Source: a virus
Lineage: Duplodnaviria > Caudoviricetes
IMG/VR virus record: IMGVR_UViG_3300027743_000005
Coordinates: 1 to 60,723 of that record
DNA: 60,723 nt
Direction: 5' to 3' (one strand)
Part shown: positions 26,083-36,609 of the stretch, piece by piece
Position numbering within the stretch: position 1 is the first letter of the stretch
Layout of the letters: each line of letters begins with the position of its first letter
The notes under the pieces: generated by a model
Told to the model about the DNA's origin: nothing
What the model saw: only the letters and a program-made list of their open reading frames with translations
The model's database searches: none
Translations under genes and position numbers: made by a program

Positions 26083-27501
26083 GTGTACCCCGGATGGCTG
26101 GCGCTCGGGTCGGGCGACCCGATCTACGGCGCTCCGTACATCGAGATCGTCAACAACGCCCGCGTCTTCGCCTACGCCCGCAACATGGGCATCTGCTGGC
26201 TCCAGGAATGCGAGGACTGCGAGACGGCGAACCAGGTGCTCCCCGGCGGCGGCGTCTACACGTCACCGGGCCAGGACCATGCGCCGTGGTTCGACCCCGA
26301 CAACCCCGACACGTGGGGCTTCCTCGGTGTCGTCGGACTCGACGTGCAGGGCGACTTCACCTCGACGCGCGCCGTCACCGTGTCGAACGCCGTCACCTTC
26401 GGCGGCGTCCTCGGCCCGCCCTACTTCGGCCCGCGCACGCTCGTGGTGCGCTGCCTGGCGGTCGCCGTCGACGAGTGCTCGCTGACGGCTGGTCTCGAGT
26501 GGCTCAACTTCTTCGCCGGGAACCCCGAGGAGCCGTGCCTGGGCGACAACCTCACCTTCTTCGACTGCTGCCCCTGCATGTGCGAGGACGACGATGCAGA
26601 GGGCCAGTGCTGGCCGAACGACTACGACAGCTTCAACGCAGGCCCGGCGTGCGACACCGACAACCTGTGGCCCGCGACCTACGACGAGCTGATCCTCGGC
26701 CCCGACCCGTCCCTCGGGCCGTGGTGCCTGTGGCCGCGCATCTACAACGACCTGAACGCCGGTCCGCCGTCGTGGTCGTGCTGCGCGCACTCCTGCGTGG
26801 TGCCGTACCTCCGCCAGTACTACAACGCCATGATCACCGGGGGGCCGACCGTCATCCAGCACCCGAAGATGAACACGTCGGGAGCGATGGCCGAGTTCGA
26901 GCTGACCATCGTGGCCGCCAACCCGGCCAAGCACACGCTGCCCGATCCCTTCTCGCCGCTGCCGCCCGACAGCGGCGGTGTGCTCATCACCGACCCGCCC
27001 GATCCGGTGGTCGAACCGACCCCTGACCCGTTCGACCTTCCGGGCGTGACCTCCATGCGCTCGCTCGCCCGCACGCTCACCCGGACCGAGCCGCTACCGG
27101 CGTTCACTCCGGCGATGCAGTGGCTGCGGAGGGAACTGCCGTGGCACGCCCCCGAGGGCCGCTCCTTCAGCGAGAAGGCGCCTGTCATCCAGATCGTCAG
27201 CTACTCCGAACAAGCAGAGCAGGTTCGGATCGGGCTGTGGGCCGGGGACGTGCGTCTGGCGGGCTGGCTCATCCCCTTCATCCCGCCCAACACGATCCTC
27301 ACCATCGACAACTCCCGGCGCGTGGCCATCGTCAACCACAGCGGCGAGATACGCCGCCTCGGTGCGTTCGTGCGCGACTGGCGCGGCGACCCCATCAAGT
27401 ACATCTCGGTCCCGCACGGCAACTATCGGCTGACCATCGACCAGGAGGTGGACAAGGCCGTTCGGCTCCTGCTGCGGGCGTCCGCCGTCTCGGTGTCATG
27501 A
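26083..27501 (+). CDS. Minor tail protein (distal tail-like)
   Basis: Directly after TMP; EIVNNARV.AY and APWFDPDNP motifs. Confidence 0.75.
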   Translation: MYPGWLALGSGDPIYGAPYIEIVNNARVFAYARNMGICWLQECEDCETANQVLPGGGVYTSPGQDHAPWFDPDNPDTWGFLGVVGLDVQGDFTSTRAVTVSNAVTFGGVLGPPYFGPRTLVVRCLAVAVDECSLTAGLEWLNFFAGNPEEPCLGDNLTFFDCCPCMCEDDDAEGQCWPNDYDSFNAGPACDTDNLWPATYDELILGPDPSLGPWCLWPRIYNDLNAGPPSWSCCAHSCVVPYLRQYYNAMITGGPTVIQHPKMNTSGAMAEFELTIVAANPAKHTLPDPFSPLPPDSGGVLITDPPDPVVEPTPDPFDLPGVTSMRSLARTLTRTEPLPAFTPAMQWLRRELPWHAPEGRSFSEKAPVIQIVSYSEQAEQVRIGLWAGDVRLAGWLIPFIPPNTILTIDNSRRVAIVNHSGEIRRLGAFVRDWRGDPIKYISVPHGNYRLTIDQEVDKAVRLLLRASAVSVS

Positions 27502-28607
27502 GCACGCTCGACACCGGGTTCACCTGCGGCACGCACCGCGCCATGATCTACGCGCGCGGCGGCGAGGACTTCCTCGGGGAGCTGACGCCGCTCACGGCCG
27601 TGCGCTGGCAGCGAATCCGTGACGAGGTATCGACCGCCGAAGTCGTCGTGCCGACGCACGAGTGTTGCGAGCTGCTGGGCGATCTCCGCACGATCGCGAT
27701 GGAGCTGCATATCTTCCGCAACGACGTCGTGGTGTGGCAAGGACCCATCGTCCGGCTGGAGTACGAGTGGGACACCGTGCGGGTGTACGCCGAGGACATT
27801 CTGTGGGTGGCGAAGCGCACAGTGCTGACCGTGGGCTACAACCAGAGCTACCCGAACATCGGCAACGCCGTGAGCCGCATGGACTGGCTGCTGCGGAACC
27901 AGTGCTACGCCCTCAACGGCGATCCGTGGAAGATGCTGTCGCACCTGCATCCGCTCCACCACCCGGCCGACCCGAGAACCTCGCGCATCATCAACGCCTT
28001 CCAGATGTACGTGTGGGAGGACTTCGACAAGTACGCCGAGGACATGGGCACCGACTACTGCGTCGTCAACCGCGACGTCTTCTACTTCGACATTCATCTG
28101 GCGTGGACCGAGCTGCCGACGCTCGACGAGCAGTACATGAGCCAGTTCCCTCGGGTGGTCGAGTACGGCTACCAGTGCTACACGCGCGGCTTCGTGACCA
28201 ACGGCAAGGGCTACGCGGGCGTGGCCCAGAACGCCGACTGGTTCGACGAGTACGGCTGGATCGACCTGCTCATCTCGAACACGACCGAGGGCACCAGTAC
28301 ATCGCAGCCATCGACCGGCGACTTGCAGCAGTGGACCGAAACTGCTGCCCACAACATCGAGGACTCGGTCCCCGCCCCGGTGCAGGTCATCATCCCGGCC
28401 AACACCACCCTGCTCCCCGGCGCGCCGTGGCACATCGAGCAACTGATCCCCGGCGCCTGGTTTCCCGTCACCGTCACCCGCCTGTGCCGTTCCGTGACGG
28501 AGTGGCAGCGCATCCACGAGGTCGTCGTCAACGAGTCGGCGCCCAACGGAGAGACGGTCAGCTTCACCGCCATCAGCGCCCCGAACGTCCGAGTGGAACC
28601 GACCTGA
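27498..28607 (+). CDS. Minor tail protein (baseplate hub-like)
   Basis: ATGA overlap; VRWQR.RDEVS.A and ELHIFRN..VVWQGPI. Confidence 0.75.
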   Translation: MSTLDTGFTCGTHRAMIYARGGEDFLGELTPLTAVRWQRIRDEVSTAEVVVPTHECCELLGDLRTIAMELHIFRNDVVVWQGPIVRLEYEWDTVRVYAEDILWVAKRTVLTVGYNQSYPNIGNAVSRMDWLLRNQCYALNGDPWKMLSHLHPLHHPADPRTSRIINAFQMYVWEDFDKYAEDMGTDYCVVNRDVFYFDIHLAWTELPTLDEQYMSQFPRVVEYGYQCYTRGFVTNGKGYAGVAQNADWFDEYGWIDLLISNTTEGTSTSQPSTGDLQQWTETAAHNIEDSVPAPVQVIIPANTTLLPGAPWHIEQLIPGAWFPVTVTRLCRSVTEWQRIHEVVVNESAPNGETVSFTAISAPNVRVEPT

Positions 28608-28608
28608 G

Positions 28609-31176
28609 ATGCACCAGGAGATTCAGCGGAAGCAGTCGCTGCCCGCCTACCTCACGAACCTGAACACCCGCCTGGCGTGGGTCGAGCGCCGCCCGATGGG
28701 CGACATGCAGTGGCGCGACACCACCTTCGGCTCCGTCCCCTGCACCGAAGACCTTCCCGCCGACGCCCCGGACGGCGCGCGCTACCTCGTCGTCTGTCTC
28801 GGCCAGATCGCCACCCAGCAGCCAGACGGGTCGTGGGTCTACAGCCCCATCCCCGACCCGCCCCCGAGCGGTGGTGGCGAGCCTGGCCCGGAAGGCCCGA
28901 TGGGTCCTGCTGGTCCGACTGGTCCCGCTGGCCCGACCGGCCCGCAGGGTCCGACTGGCCCGGCCTCGACCGTGCCTGGTCCACAGGGACCGCCCGGTGC
29001 TCAGGGTCCGCAGGGTCCGACCGGAGCGACCGGAGCGACCGGACCGCAAGGTCCGCAAGGAGCTGGCCTCGTCATCCTCGGAGAGCTGGACGACCCGAGC
29101 GAGCTACCGGCGCTGCCCTGCACGCCCGGCACCGCATGGGTGATCGACGGCATCCTCTGGTCGTGTAGCGGCGCGGGCGGCTGGGTCGACGCCGGTCCCG
29201 TCGTCTCGATGGCGGGCACCGGCTACTTCGCCACCACCGCCATCGGAAATGCCGCCATCTCCAGCGTCACAATGGCGGCGCTGTCGTGGAACGACCCGTA
29301 CCTCATCCGGGGCTGGACGCACGACATGACCTTCTACACGGTCGATGCGGACGGCGTGTACGGCTCGGCCATGAACCTCACGGTGACGGGCGCGGCGAGC
29401 GATTGGGTCATCCTCCGCATGCAGCAATACCGCGGCGGCACCCTCATCAAGGCGGTCGACGGAGTGATGGAGGGCGTCGACAACATCGCGAGCAACACCT
29501 TCGCCCAGGGCAGTCTCCACGCTCAGTTCGACATGAAGGCGGGCGACTACCTCTACTGCTCGGCCCAGGCTCCGGTGACGGGCGTGAAGACGGAGACCCG
29601 CTCGTCGTGGGTCGTCTGGTCGATCGGCGGAGCGAAGGGCGACACCGGCCCGGCGGGACCGACCGGCGCGACCGGCGCCCAGGGCATCCCCGGCGTCCAA
29701 GGCCCCCAGGGGCCGCAGGGACCACAGGGTGTGCCGGGCACGACCGGACCCGACGAGGTCCGCATCGCGGCCACGCCGCCCACCGTGACCGCGGGCGAGC
29801 CTGAGCTCTGGGTGGACACAACGGTCCCGTCCGCTCCGGTGATGAAGTTCTGGGACGGCGACTCCTGGGAGGCCGTGTCCTCCGCTGGTGGCGGTGGTCT
29901 GTCGGGCTACTGGTACAGCGCTACGTCCGGCGTCACCAGCGCGGGCGGCAATGCCGTACCCACCAGCGGGGCGCAGATTTACTGGGGGCCAGCGCTGCGG
30001 GCGTCGGGCTGGACTCGCCACGCCAACACGTCGGCCATCGTCTGCAACCTCGCGGGTCGCTACGCGATTGATGTGAGCCTCTCGCTGGTCCACATCACGG
30101 GCGCCTCGGCCTACGAGATCATCGAGCTTCGCAAGTACAACACCGGCGGCACGCTGCTCGAAGCGTCCACCCACGTCGGGCCGGGCACCAGCCTCAACTG
30201 GTACACGCAGCCCCAGGCCGTGGCGATCATGGACTTCGCCGTGGGCGACATGATCACGTGCTTCGTGACGCCCAACCAGGCGGCACAGATTGACGGTCGC
30301 AGCGCCATCGTCATCACCCCGGTCGGCGGCGCCAAGGGCGACAAGGGCGACCCAGGCAACGCCGCGATGGGCTTCTGGTTCAGCAACTTCAGCGGCCCGT
30401 CCTCGATCACCGGAGGCGCCGGGAAGATACAGCTCACCCCGAACCCGCCCACGCAGTCGGCGGGCTTCTACCGCCACGCCAACGGCACCGTGGTCGTGTG
30501 CGACGTCGCCGGGTACTACCGCATCGGTCTGCACGCCGCCTTCACCGCCACCACGGCGACGCAGTACACCGACACCTACATCGAGGTCCGCGACCCGGTC
30601 ACGTTCTCCACGATCCTGGCGTCGTCCAACCCGATCGGCTCGGGCTACCGCTCGGGCGTCACCGGGGACTACTTCTCCCACGACGGCGAACTGGTCTGCT
30701 ATCTGCGCCAGGGCGACTACATCTCGCCGCACATCGCCGCCGACGCCACCCGGAACTTCCAGGCGTCGCGCTCGTACCTGTCGATCACGCCGGTCGGTGG
30801 TCCGCAGGGAGCGCAGGGGCCGCCAGGTTCGGCGGCGGGCACGACGGCGTGGACGGCACTGCCGTTCTCCGCGGGGTGGGCCAACTACGGCAGCGGGTAC
30901 CAGCCGTGCCAGTACCGACTGGAAGGCGACCGGGTGTTCCTGCGTGGCCTGTGCGTGCAGTCGATCCTCGGCAACAACACCATCGCCGTCATGCCGGTCG
31001 GGTTCCGCCCGCCGACGTTGGTCATGCTCCACACGATGGGCTTCGGCAACACGCAGAAGGACCACATCAACCGCATCGACCTGACCGCGGGCGGCGCCCT
31101 CGGGATGCTCCCGCCCGTCAACGAACTCCAGGGCTACTTCACTCTCGACGGCCTTTCGTGGTCGATCACCGCATAG
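28609..31176 (+). CDS. Collagen-repeat tail fibre with three repeated beta-rich (C1q-like) domains
   Basis: GXY runs; three units G[YF][WF]...S..I..VGG; C-terminal WTAL...[12 protein letters not shown]...PVGFRP. Confidence 0.85.
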   Translation: MHQEIQRKQSLPAYLTNLNTRLAWVERRPMGDMQWRDTTFGSVPCTEDLPADAPDGARYLVVCLGQIATQQPDGSWVYSPIPDPPPSGGGEPGPEGPMGPAGPTGPAGPTGPQGPTGPASTVPGPQGPPGAQGPQGPTGATGATGPQGPQGAGLVILGELDDPSELPALPCTPGTAWVIDGILWSCSGAGGWVDAGPVVSMAGTGYFATTAIGNAAISSVTMAALSWNDPYLIRGWTHDMTFYTVDADGVYGSAMNLTVTGAASDWVILRMQQYRGGTLIKAVDGVMEGVDNIASNTFAQGSLHAQFDMKAGDYLYCSAQAPVTGVKTETRSSWVVWSIGGAKGDTGPAGPTGATGAQGIPGVQGPQGPQGPQGVPGTTGPDEVRIAATPPTVTAGEPELWVDTTVPSAPVMKFWDGDSWEAVSSAGGGGLSGYWYSATSGVTSAGGNAVPTSGAQIYWGPALRASGWTRHANTSAIVCNLAGRYAIDVSLSLVHITGASAYEIIELRKYNTGGTLLEASTHVGPGTSLNWYTQPQAVAIMDFAVGDMITCFVTPNQAAQIDGRSAIVITPVGGAKGDKGDPGNAAMGFWFSNFSGPSSITGGAGKIQLTPNPPTQSAGFYRHANGTVVVCDVAGYYRIGLHAAFTATTATQYTDTYIEVRDPVTFSTILASSNPIGSGYRSGVTGDYFSHDGELVCYLRQGDYISPHIAADATRNFQASRSYLSITPVGGPQGAQGPPGSAAGTTAWTALPFSAGWANYGSGYQPCQYRLEGDRVFLRGLCVQSILGNNTIAVMPVGFRPPTLVMLHTMGFGNTQKDHINRIDLTAGGALGMLPPVNELQGYFTLDGLSWSITA

Positions 31177-31183
31177 GAGCGCC

Positions 31184-31510
31184 ATGAGCTACAACAGCCT
31201 GTCCGCCCAGAACGCCGACATCGAGTTCTCCAATCGCATCACGGCGGCGGTCGAGAAGGAGGCGCACAACAACCCGGCATTCGGGGACACCGACTACGGG
31301 ACGGCGGTGATCCGGGGCCAGGTCGGCGCGCAGCTGCTCTTCTGGCCGGTGTGCATCGCCACCGAGGCGGCCTACGAGGCCGCTCTGCTCAACCACGTGC
31401 TCAACCCCGGCAAGGACGAGTCCGTCGTCACCGACGCCGCGATCCTCTCGGCCATCCAGGCGAGCTGGCCGCCCGACCCCTGGCCGCCCGAGTCGACCCC
31501 GCCCGCGTAG
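31184..31510 (+). CDS. Tail-associated hypothetical protein
   Basis: SD AGGAG; VTDAAILSAIQASW motif. Confidence 0.7.
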   Translation: MSYNSLSAQNADIEFSNRITAAVEKEAHNNPAFGDTDYGTAVIRGQVGAQLLFWPVCIATEAAYEAALLNHVLNPGKDESVVTDAAILSAIQASWPPDPWPPESTPPA

Positions 31511-31563
31511 TGCCGGTCCCGATGAACACCGCCACTACTGTTCGCCAGACGAGGGAGGTGTAG

Positions 31564-32160
31564 ATGCCCGGTCAGACCCCCAACCGCGCGTACCCGTATC
31601 CGCTGGATGCGGACCCGGTGGACGTGGCCCTCGACATCAAGAAGCTGGCCGACGCGGTCGATGCCGACACCAACACGCTCTTCACGTTCGCCCCGGTCTA
31701 CGCCGACATCAACGACCTGAACCTCCGTGCGCCCAAGACCACCGGATCGAAGGCCCGCACCGCCAACCCGATCGCTGAGTACTACTACAGCGGTTCGGCG
31801 TGGGTGCTGACGTGGAAGCCCGCCAGCGGCTGGAGCAACCTCCCGCTCGGCCCCGACTGTGTCCAGCAGGGCGGCAGTCAGGTGTGCCAGTACCGCACCA
31901 CCAGCGATGGCGAAGTGCAACTGCGCGGGGTGTGCACCATCTTCGGCAGCCATCCAGGCAACCAGTCCCGCAACATCGGCACCGTCCCCATCGGCCTGGC
32001 CCCGGCGTTCACCAGCTGGCAGCTCGTGCCCAACGCCAGCGACAGCGCCTACCGGGTCTACGTCCGCACGGACGGCCTGATCCTGTTCGGCCCCATCGGC
32101 CTCGACGCCGGAATCGCCCTGGACACAATCCAGTGGCCCATCAACAACTGGACGGCGTAG
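31564..32160 (+). CDS. Minor tail / receptor-binding candidate A
   Basis: N-terminal TPNR.YPYP anchor; gp28-like C-terminal domain (QYR...EVQLRG...P.GLAP). Confidence 0.75.
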   Translation: MPGQTPNRAYPYPLDADPVDVALDIKKLADAVDADTNTLFTFAPVYADINDLNLRAPKTTGSKARTANPIAEYYYSGSAWVLTWKPASGWSNLPLGPDCVQQGGSQVCQYRTTSDGEVQLRGVCTIFGSHPGNQSRNIGTVPIGLAPAFTSWQLVPNASDSAYRVYVRTDGLILFGPIGLDAGIALDTIQWPINNWTA

Positions 32161-32736
32161 ATGCCTGGCACCACTCCGAACCGCGGCTACCCCTACCCGC
32201 TCGGCGTCGACCCGATCGACGTGGCCATGGACATCAAGCGGCTCGCCGACGCCGTGGATGCCGACTCTCAGGTCATCGAGGACGACCTCGCCAGTCGTGG
32301 CGGTGGCCTCGTCGTCGCCAACTTCGGTGGCACCGCCGGGCGCGGCTGGAAGGTAGTGAAGGCCAACGTCGACGTGCTCGGCCAACCCGCCATCGTGCGC
32401 GTCGGGATGGACATCGGCTGGATCGCTGACCCCACCCACATCTACGAGACGGTCGGCTACTGCACTGGCATCACCTACGCCAGCGGCACCGCCATCACCG
32501 TGGGCGAGCTGTGCATCGTCGGCGGCGCCACCGAGCCGACGAACACGCAGATTTCAGCCACCCACCAGAACCCCTCCCGGTCCCACTCGATCACGCTTCT
32601 CGAGACTGGCCTGACCGGCCAGGTCTACCGACACCTGGCGATGACCAGCGACGGCCAGCCGTCCACGGTTCTCCGCATGACCGCCAGCGCCAGCTTCCCG
32701 GCGATCTTCTACGTCAAGGACTTGGGGGCCGCCTGA
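32161..32736 (+). CDS. Minor tail / receptor-binding candidate B
   Basis: First 35 aa nearly identical to A; different C-terminus ending FYVKDLG. Confidence 0.75.
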   Translation: MPGTTPNRGYPYPLGVDPIDVAMDIKRLADAVDADSQVIEDDLASRGGGLVVANFGGTAGRGWKVVKANVDVLGQPAIVRVGMDIGWIADPTHIYETVGYCTGITYASGTAITVGELCIVGGATEPTNTQISATHQNPSRSHSITLLETGLTGQVYRHLAMTSDGQPSTVLRMTASASFPAIFYVKDLGAA

Positions 32737-33161
32737 TGGCACGCTGCCGTTGCTCCGGCGATATCTGCACCTGTGGCATAGAAGGCGGGACGGGCGTCGT
32801 CGTTGAAGGGTCGGGCGGCTTCAACGACCCGTACGTCATCTCCGTACCGATCCCGACGCTCATCACCTTCGAGCCTGGCGACGACGTGGCCTTCACCGTC
32901 ACCGGCGCGGGCACCGAGATCAGCCCGCTCGTCGTCAGCGCCGAGGTGAACTGCCTCAACTGCGCCGACGCCACCACCGCGGCCGTGGGCGACGTGCTCA
33001 CGATGAACGCCTCGGGGCAGTGGGTACCGGGTCCGCCCAACCAGGTCGCGCCAGGCGCCATCCATACCGGAGCGGGCCTCGTGGGCGATGGCTCCCCAGG
33101 AGCGCCCATCCGCATCGACGTCTGCACCTACGGGGACTTGAAGGCCCTCTGCGTGCCGTAG
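32736..33161 (+). CDS. Minor tail protein (Cys-rich N-terminus)
   Basis: MARCRCSGDICTC; repeats G.G...DPYVIS / G.GT...PL / GDGS...PI. Confidence 0.7.
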   Translation: MARCRCSGDICTCGIEGGTGVVVEGSGGFNDPYVISVPIPTLITFEPGDDVAFTVTGAGTEISPLVVSAEVNCLNCADATTAAVGDVLTMNASGQWVPGPPNQVAPGAIHTGAGLVGDGSPGAPIRIDVCTYGDLKALCVP

Positions 33162-33171
33162 TCTCCGGCGC

Positions 33172-33369
33172 GTGCCGGACGAAATCGTGGATGAGTCCGA
33201 GTCGGACGACGGCGTAGGTCTGTACCTCTTCTGGCGCTTCGTCGCCTGGCGGGCGCGCCGTGGCTTGCCCGCCGTGGACCTAGATGACCTCGCTCGGGTG
33301 CGGGAGATCGTGGCTGAGCTCAACGAGCTCCTGGAGGGTGCCCGCGTCACGCGGGTGCAGCGGGCATGA
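33172..33369 (+). CDS. Hypothetical protein
   Basis: ATGA coupling to the lysin; -10-like TAGTCT 7 nt upstream. Confidence 0.55.
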   Translation: MPDEIVDESESDDGVGLYLFWRFVAWRARRGLPAVDLDDLARVREIVAELNELLEGARVTRVQRA

Positions 33370-34286
33370 CCTACCGCTGGCTGCGCGACATGGACCAGGC
33401 CCTCGCCGCTCATGGCATCCCCTACGTTGAGGAAGGGGACTGGAGGAACAACGGCCGCCCCGCCTCTGACTTCCAGTTCAACCCGCAGGGGGTGCTGTGC
33501 CATCACACGGCATCCCCAGCGGGTACCAGCGATCGCACCGACATCAACGTGATCCTGGCCGGGAACTCGTCAGCCCCCGGGCCGATCAGCCAGATCTACA
33601 TTGGCCGGTCGGCCACCTGCTACCTGCTGGCGGCGGGACGCGCGAACCACGGCGGCAAGGGCATCCGCCCCGGCTGGGACAGCTCGTGCCAGGACATGAA
33701 CGAGCTGCTCATCGGGATCGAGGTCGGCAACAACGGCGTGGGCGAGGTCTGGCCCGACCCGCAGACCACGATCTACGGCCAGGTCGTCAACGCCCTGTGC
33801 GAGTGGTACGGCTGGGACATCTGGTCGCAGGTCTTCCTCCATGCGACCACCGGCCCGCCCAACCAGGGGTGCAACTCCAAGATCGACCCGGCCGGGCCGT
33901 GGCAGTGGCAGCCGAACATCGGCGCCAGCACCTGGAATCTAGATACTTGGAGGCAGTTCTGCGTCGAGCAGGGCGGCGGCACACCGACCCCACCAGGAGA
34001 CGAGGACATGGCGTACGTCATCTACGAATCGAAGGACGCGGCGGGCAACCGCTGGGCGTGGGCCGACTTCCTGGGCCTGGAAGCAGGCGGGCTGTGCGAG
34101 TCGGTCGTGTGGATCAGCGGCGACTACAAGGCGCAGATCGAGCAGTCGGGCGCCAACGTTCAGCACAAGCCCCGAGCGTGGGGCGGCTACAAGACCTTCC
34201 GGCTGGAGGGCGGCATGCCCCAGGGCGACCAGCAGTACGCCTGGTCGGATCAGCCAGGGGTGGACTTCCGGGTCGTCGACAGATGA
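33366..34286 (+). CDS. Endolysin, N-acetylmuramoyl-L-alanine amidase (Amidase_2)
   Basis: GVLCHHTAS, AGRANHGG, IGIE, H...KIDP Zn-amidase motifs. Confidence 0.9.
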   Translation: MTYRWLRDMDQALAAHGIPYVEEGDWRNNGRPASDFQFNPQGVLCHHTASPAGTSDRTDINVILAGNSSAPGPISQIYIGRSATCYLLAAGRANHGGKGIRPGWDSSCQDMNELLIGIEVGNNGVGEVWPDPQTTIYGQVVNALCEWYGWDIWSQVFLHATTGPPNQGCNSKIDPAGPWQWQPNIGASTWNLDTWRQFCVEQGGGTPTPPGDEDMAYVIYESKDAAGNRWAWADFLGLEAGGLCESVVWISGDYKAQIEQSGANVQHKPRAWGGYKTFRLEGGMPQGDQQYAWSDQPGVDFRVVDR

Positions 34287-34299
34287 CAGGCTGACCTGA

Positions 34300-34352
34300 G
34301 GTCCTCGGCGGGGGACCGGAGGGCGCAGCAGGCCCCTCCCTCGCCGGGGGCC
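34300..34352. terminator. Hairpin between convergent late and early arms
   Basis: CCTCGGCGGGGGA...TCCCTCGCCGGGG inverted repeat at the convergence point. Confidence 0.5.
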
Positions 34353-34353
34353 G

Positions 34354-34851
34354 CTAGCCCACCACACACGTAGCCACGACCCGGTTCTGATCGGGGTCGC
34401 GCTCGTGAACGGTGATGGTCGCCACCGTGAAGCCTCTCGGGCACGTTGGTCCCGGTGGTCCTTGCGGGCCAACCTGGCCCATCGGTCCGGCCGGACCTGG
34501 CCCCCCGACTGGTCCGGCCGGACCTTCCGCTCCATTCTCCCCCGGCGGCCCCTGGGCGCCTGTAGCGCCTGTTGCGCCCGCTGGCCCTCGTTGGCCCGCT
34601 GTGCCCGTTCCCGGCGGCCCTGCGGCGCCCTGGCTACCCTGTGGCCCTTCTGGTCCCGCTGGGCCGGGCGCGCCTTGCGGCCCGGGGGGGCCTGTCGCTC
34701 CGGGGTCACCTGCCGCCCCGGTCGACCCGGGTGGGCCGACCACCGTGATCGGCGGTGGCGGCTCGCTCTGGACAACTGCCGCCGTAGACGCGGCCACCGA
34801 GGTCGCGCCGAGCACCGCGCCAGCGGCCAGGAGGATGATGTCGAGTCTCAC
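34354..34851 (-). CDS. Secreted/membrane-anchored collagen-like protein
   Basis: Hydrophobic N-terminus, long GXY run, C-terminal TCP.G...TC. Confidence 0.85.
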   Translation of the reverse strand: MRLDIILLAAGAVLGATSVAASTAAVVQSEPPPPITVVGPPGSTGAAGDPGATGPPGPQGAPGPAGPEGPQGSQGAAGPPGTGTAGQRGPAGATGATGAQGPPGENGAEGPAGPVGGPGPAGPMGQVGPQGPPGPTCPRGFTVATITVHERDPDQNRVVATCVVG

Positions 34852-35105
34852 CAGGGTCTCTCCGGTGGCGGCATCCCCTGGTCCACCATCTCCGTCTCCA
34901 GCCGGTGGGCGTAGGCCCGAGCGATGACGTCGTGGTCCCGGCAGTCGGCCAGCTCGCTCCCCAGCTCCTCGAGCTCATCCCTGGCCTGGCGTCGTTCCTT
35001 GCTGCGAGCCTCACGGATGGCGTAGCGCACGCCGAAGGAGGTCGTGATGATGGCCGCGACCCCGGTGATGATGGCCGTGATGCTCAGGCCGTCGGCGGCG
35101 GCCAC
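34848..35105 (-). CDS. Single-TM protein with coiled-coil C-terminus (lysis-cassette type)
   Basis: N-terminal TM then heptad-like charged helix; GTGA overlap with the collagen gene. Confidence 0.65.
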   Translation of the reverse strand: MAAADGLSITAIITGVAAIITTSFGVRYAIREARSKERRQARDELEELGSELADCRDHDVIARAYAHRLETEMVDQGMPPPERPW

Positions 35106-35111
35106 GGTGGC

Positions 35112-35327
35112 TTACTCGCGCCGGGCGATGGCGGCGTTGGCCCAGAACACCGCCTCTTCGATGGCAGTGACGGCCAGGCTCTGCTCGCGGCACTCCGGCG
35201 TTGCCGCCACCACCTGGGCCGCCATATCCAGCCCCGCCGACCTGATCTCCTGGTACCGATCTGGCTGGTCTAGGCGAGGTGGGTGGTACGTGAACCGAAC
35301 CGCCAGCTCATCGGCGTCGATGGTCAC
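35112..35327 (-). CDS. Acb2/Tad1-like helical hairpin protein (candidate signalling-nucleotide sponge)
   Basis: RFTYHPP...RYQEIR...CREQSLAVTAIEEAVFWANAAIAR resembles the RExSLAxTKLEEAxMW hairpin of Tad1-like proteins. Confidence 0.65.
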   Translation of the reverse strand: MTIDADELAVRFTYHPPRLDQPDRYQEIRSAGLDMAAQVVAATPECREQSLAVTAIEEAVFWANAAIARRE

Positions 35328-35560
35328 AGCACCAACCAGGCGATCGACAACAGGCAGAGGCCCGCCGGAATGAGGAAGGGCGTCCACCACAGCACCGGAC
35401 GCCGCACCGCCGTCCCCGCCGGGGTCTCGTCGTGGTGTAGGGCGCGCGCTGCTGGCACGAGCGAGATGAGCGCCGCCAGCCCGAACACGATGGCGGCGAT
35501 GAGGAAGAGCACGTCGGCCGTCGCCGTGTTTCCGGTGGAGATGTCAGCCAGGGTCAACAT
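35324..35560 (-). CDS. Two-TM membrane protein (holin candidate)
   Basis: 78 aa with two hydrophobic helices near the lysin. Confidence 0.6.
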   Translation of the reverse strand: MLTLADISTGNTATADVLFLIAAIVFGLAALISLVPAARALHHDETPAGTAVRRPVLWWTPFLIPAGLCLLSIAWLVL

Positions 35561-36009
35561 GCGCGGAGCCTACGTCCGCATCGAAGGCGGCGATGGCCTG
35601 CTGAAGGTTCCCCACCGTCCCCGGTCCCGGCCTCGCCCGCCAGGCCCGCGCCGCCACGAGAAGCTGTGGCCAGCGCGGGTCCAGCGGATGCGATGCTTCG
35701 TCCATGAGTGACATTCAAGGCTCGCCCACCTACGTAGACCCCGACAGCCCCGAGCGGCAGATTCCCGAGGACGAGGCCCCGTACCACCACCCTGAGGACT
35801 GAATCATTCGATCATCCCTCGCCGGTACAGCGCCGCCAACACCACGTCGGCGTACTGCTCGGCGTTCAGCGCCAGGTGGTAGTTCGGCACCGGGCGGCGG
35901 GTCAGTGCATGATGGTGGAGAGCTGCCGAGGCCACGTCGAAGGCCGACGTCGACCTCTCCATGAGGTTGACGTCGGCCAACACGTCGGACGGGAAGGCGG
36001 GCAGCCTGA

Positions 36010-36609
36010 CTACCGTCCGCTTAGCACGGCCCTTTCGAGTTCGGTCAGATCCCATGTGGCCAGCACCGCCCAGAGGTCGCCTCGGATATGACGGATGAGC
36101 GCCGGATCAACCGGCGGCGTCGGGTCCCACTTCTCGACCTCCCACAGCACGTGGCAGCGGGACAGGCGCGGACGGCGCGGGCGGAACCGAGGCGGCACGA
36201 TCGGCACGATGCACGACCCTCGCCAGGCGCGGTTCGTCCACATCGTGGGTGGCGCCTGATGGGTTCGCACGACATGCGCCCCGACGAGCGCGCCCCGGCT
36301 GTTGTCGTTGCGCCGGTCGGCGAACGTCAGGCCCCAGCGGTCGGGGTTGTGGCCGCCGGACTGGACCGTCACGTGGCACTCGGTGGCGTCGGCGCGGGCG
36401 ACGGCGAGGCGGGGCATGCCGTTGTCGAACCACCCGCCCCGGTCCATGCACTTCGACAGCTGGATCACCGGCAGGCCGCGGGCGGCTGCCCGGTAGCCCA
36501 TCGCGATCGCCTCGTCCTCGGCATTGCGGTCTGTCTTCAACGACTCCTCGTACTCAGCGAGGCGGGCCTTGGCCTCCTCGACGGGAATCTCGATGGTTGC
36601 GATGTCCAT
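36010..36609 (-). CDS. Conserved-looking hypothetical phage protein
   Basis: PRLAVARAD...HVLWEVEKW...DPALIRH..GDLWAVLATWDLTELER. Confidence 0.8.
   Translation of the reverse strand: MDIATIEIPVEEAKARLAEYEESLKTDRNAEDEAIAMGYRAAARGLPVIQLSKCMDRGGWFDNGMPRLAVARADATECHVTVQSGGHNPDRWGLTFADRRNDNSRGALVGAHVVRTHQAPPTMWTNRAWRGSCIVPIVPPRFRPRRPRLSRCHVLWEVEKWDPTPPVDPALIRHIRGDLWAVLATWDLTELERAVLSGR

Noticed and set aside
28860-29065. Short tandem DNA repeats (also 34430-34740 and 45040-45700)
   Set aside because: Explained by collagen GXY and Thr/Pro linker coding.
31564-32270. Diversity-generating retroelement TR/VR pair or invertible tail cassette
   Set aside because: The repeats are direct and N-terminal, the differences are not adenine-specific, and no reverse transcriptase or invertase was seen.
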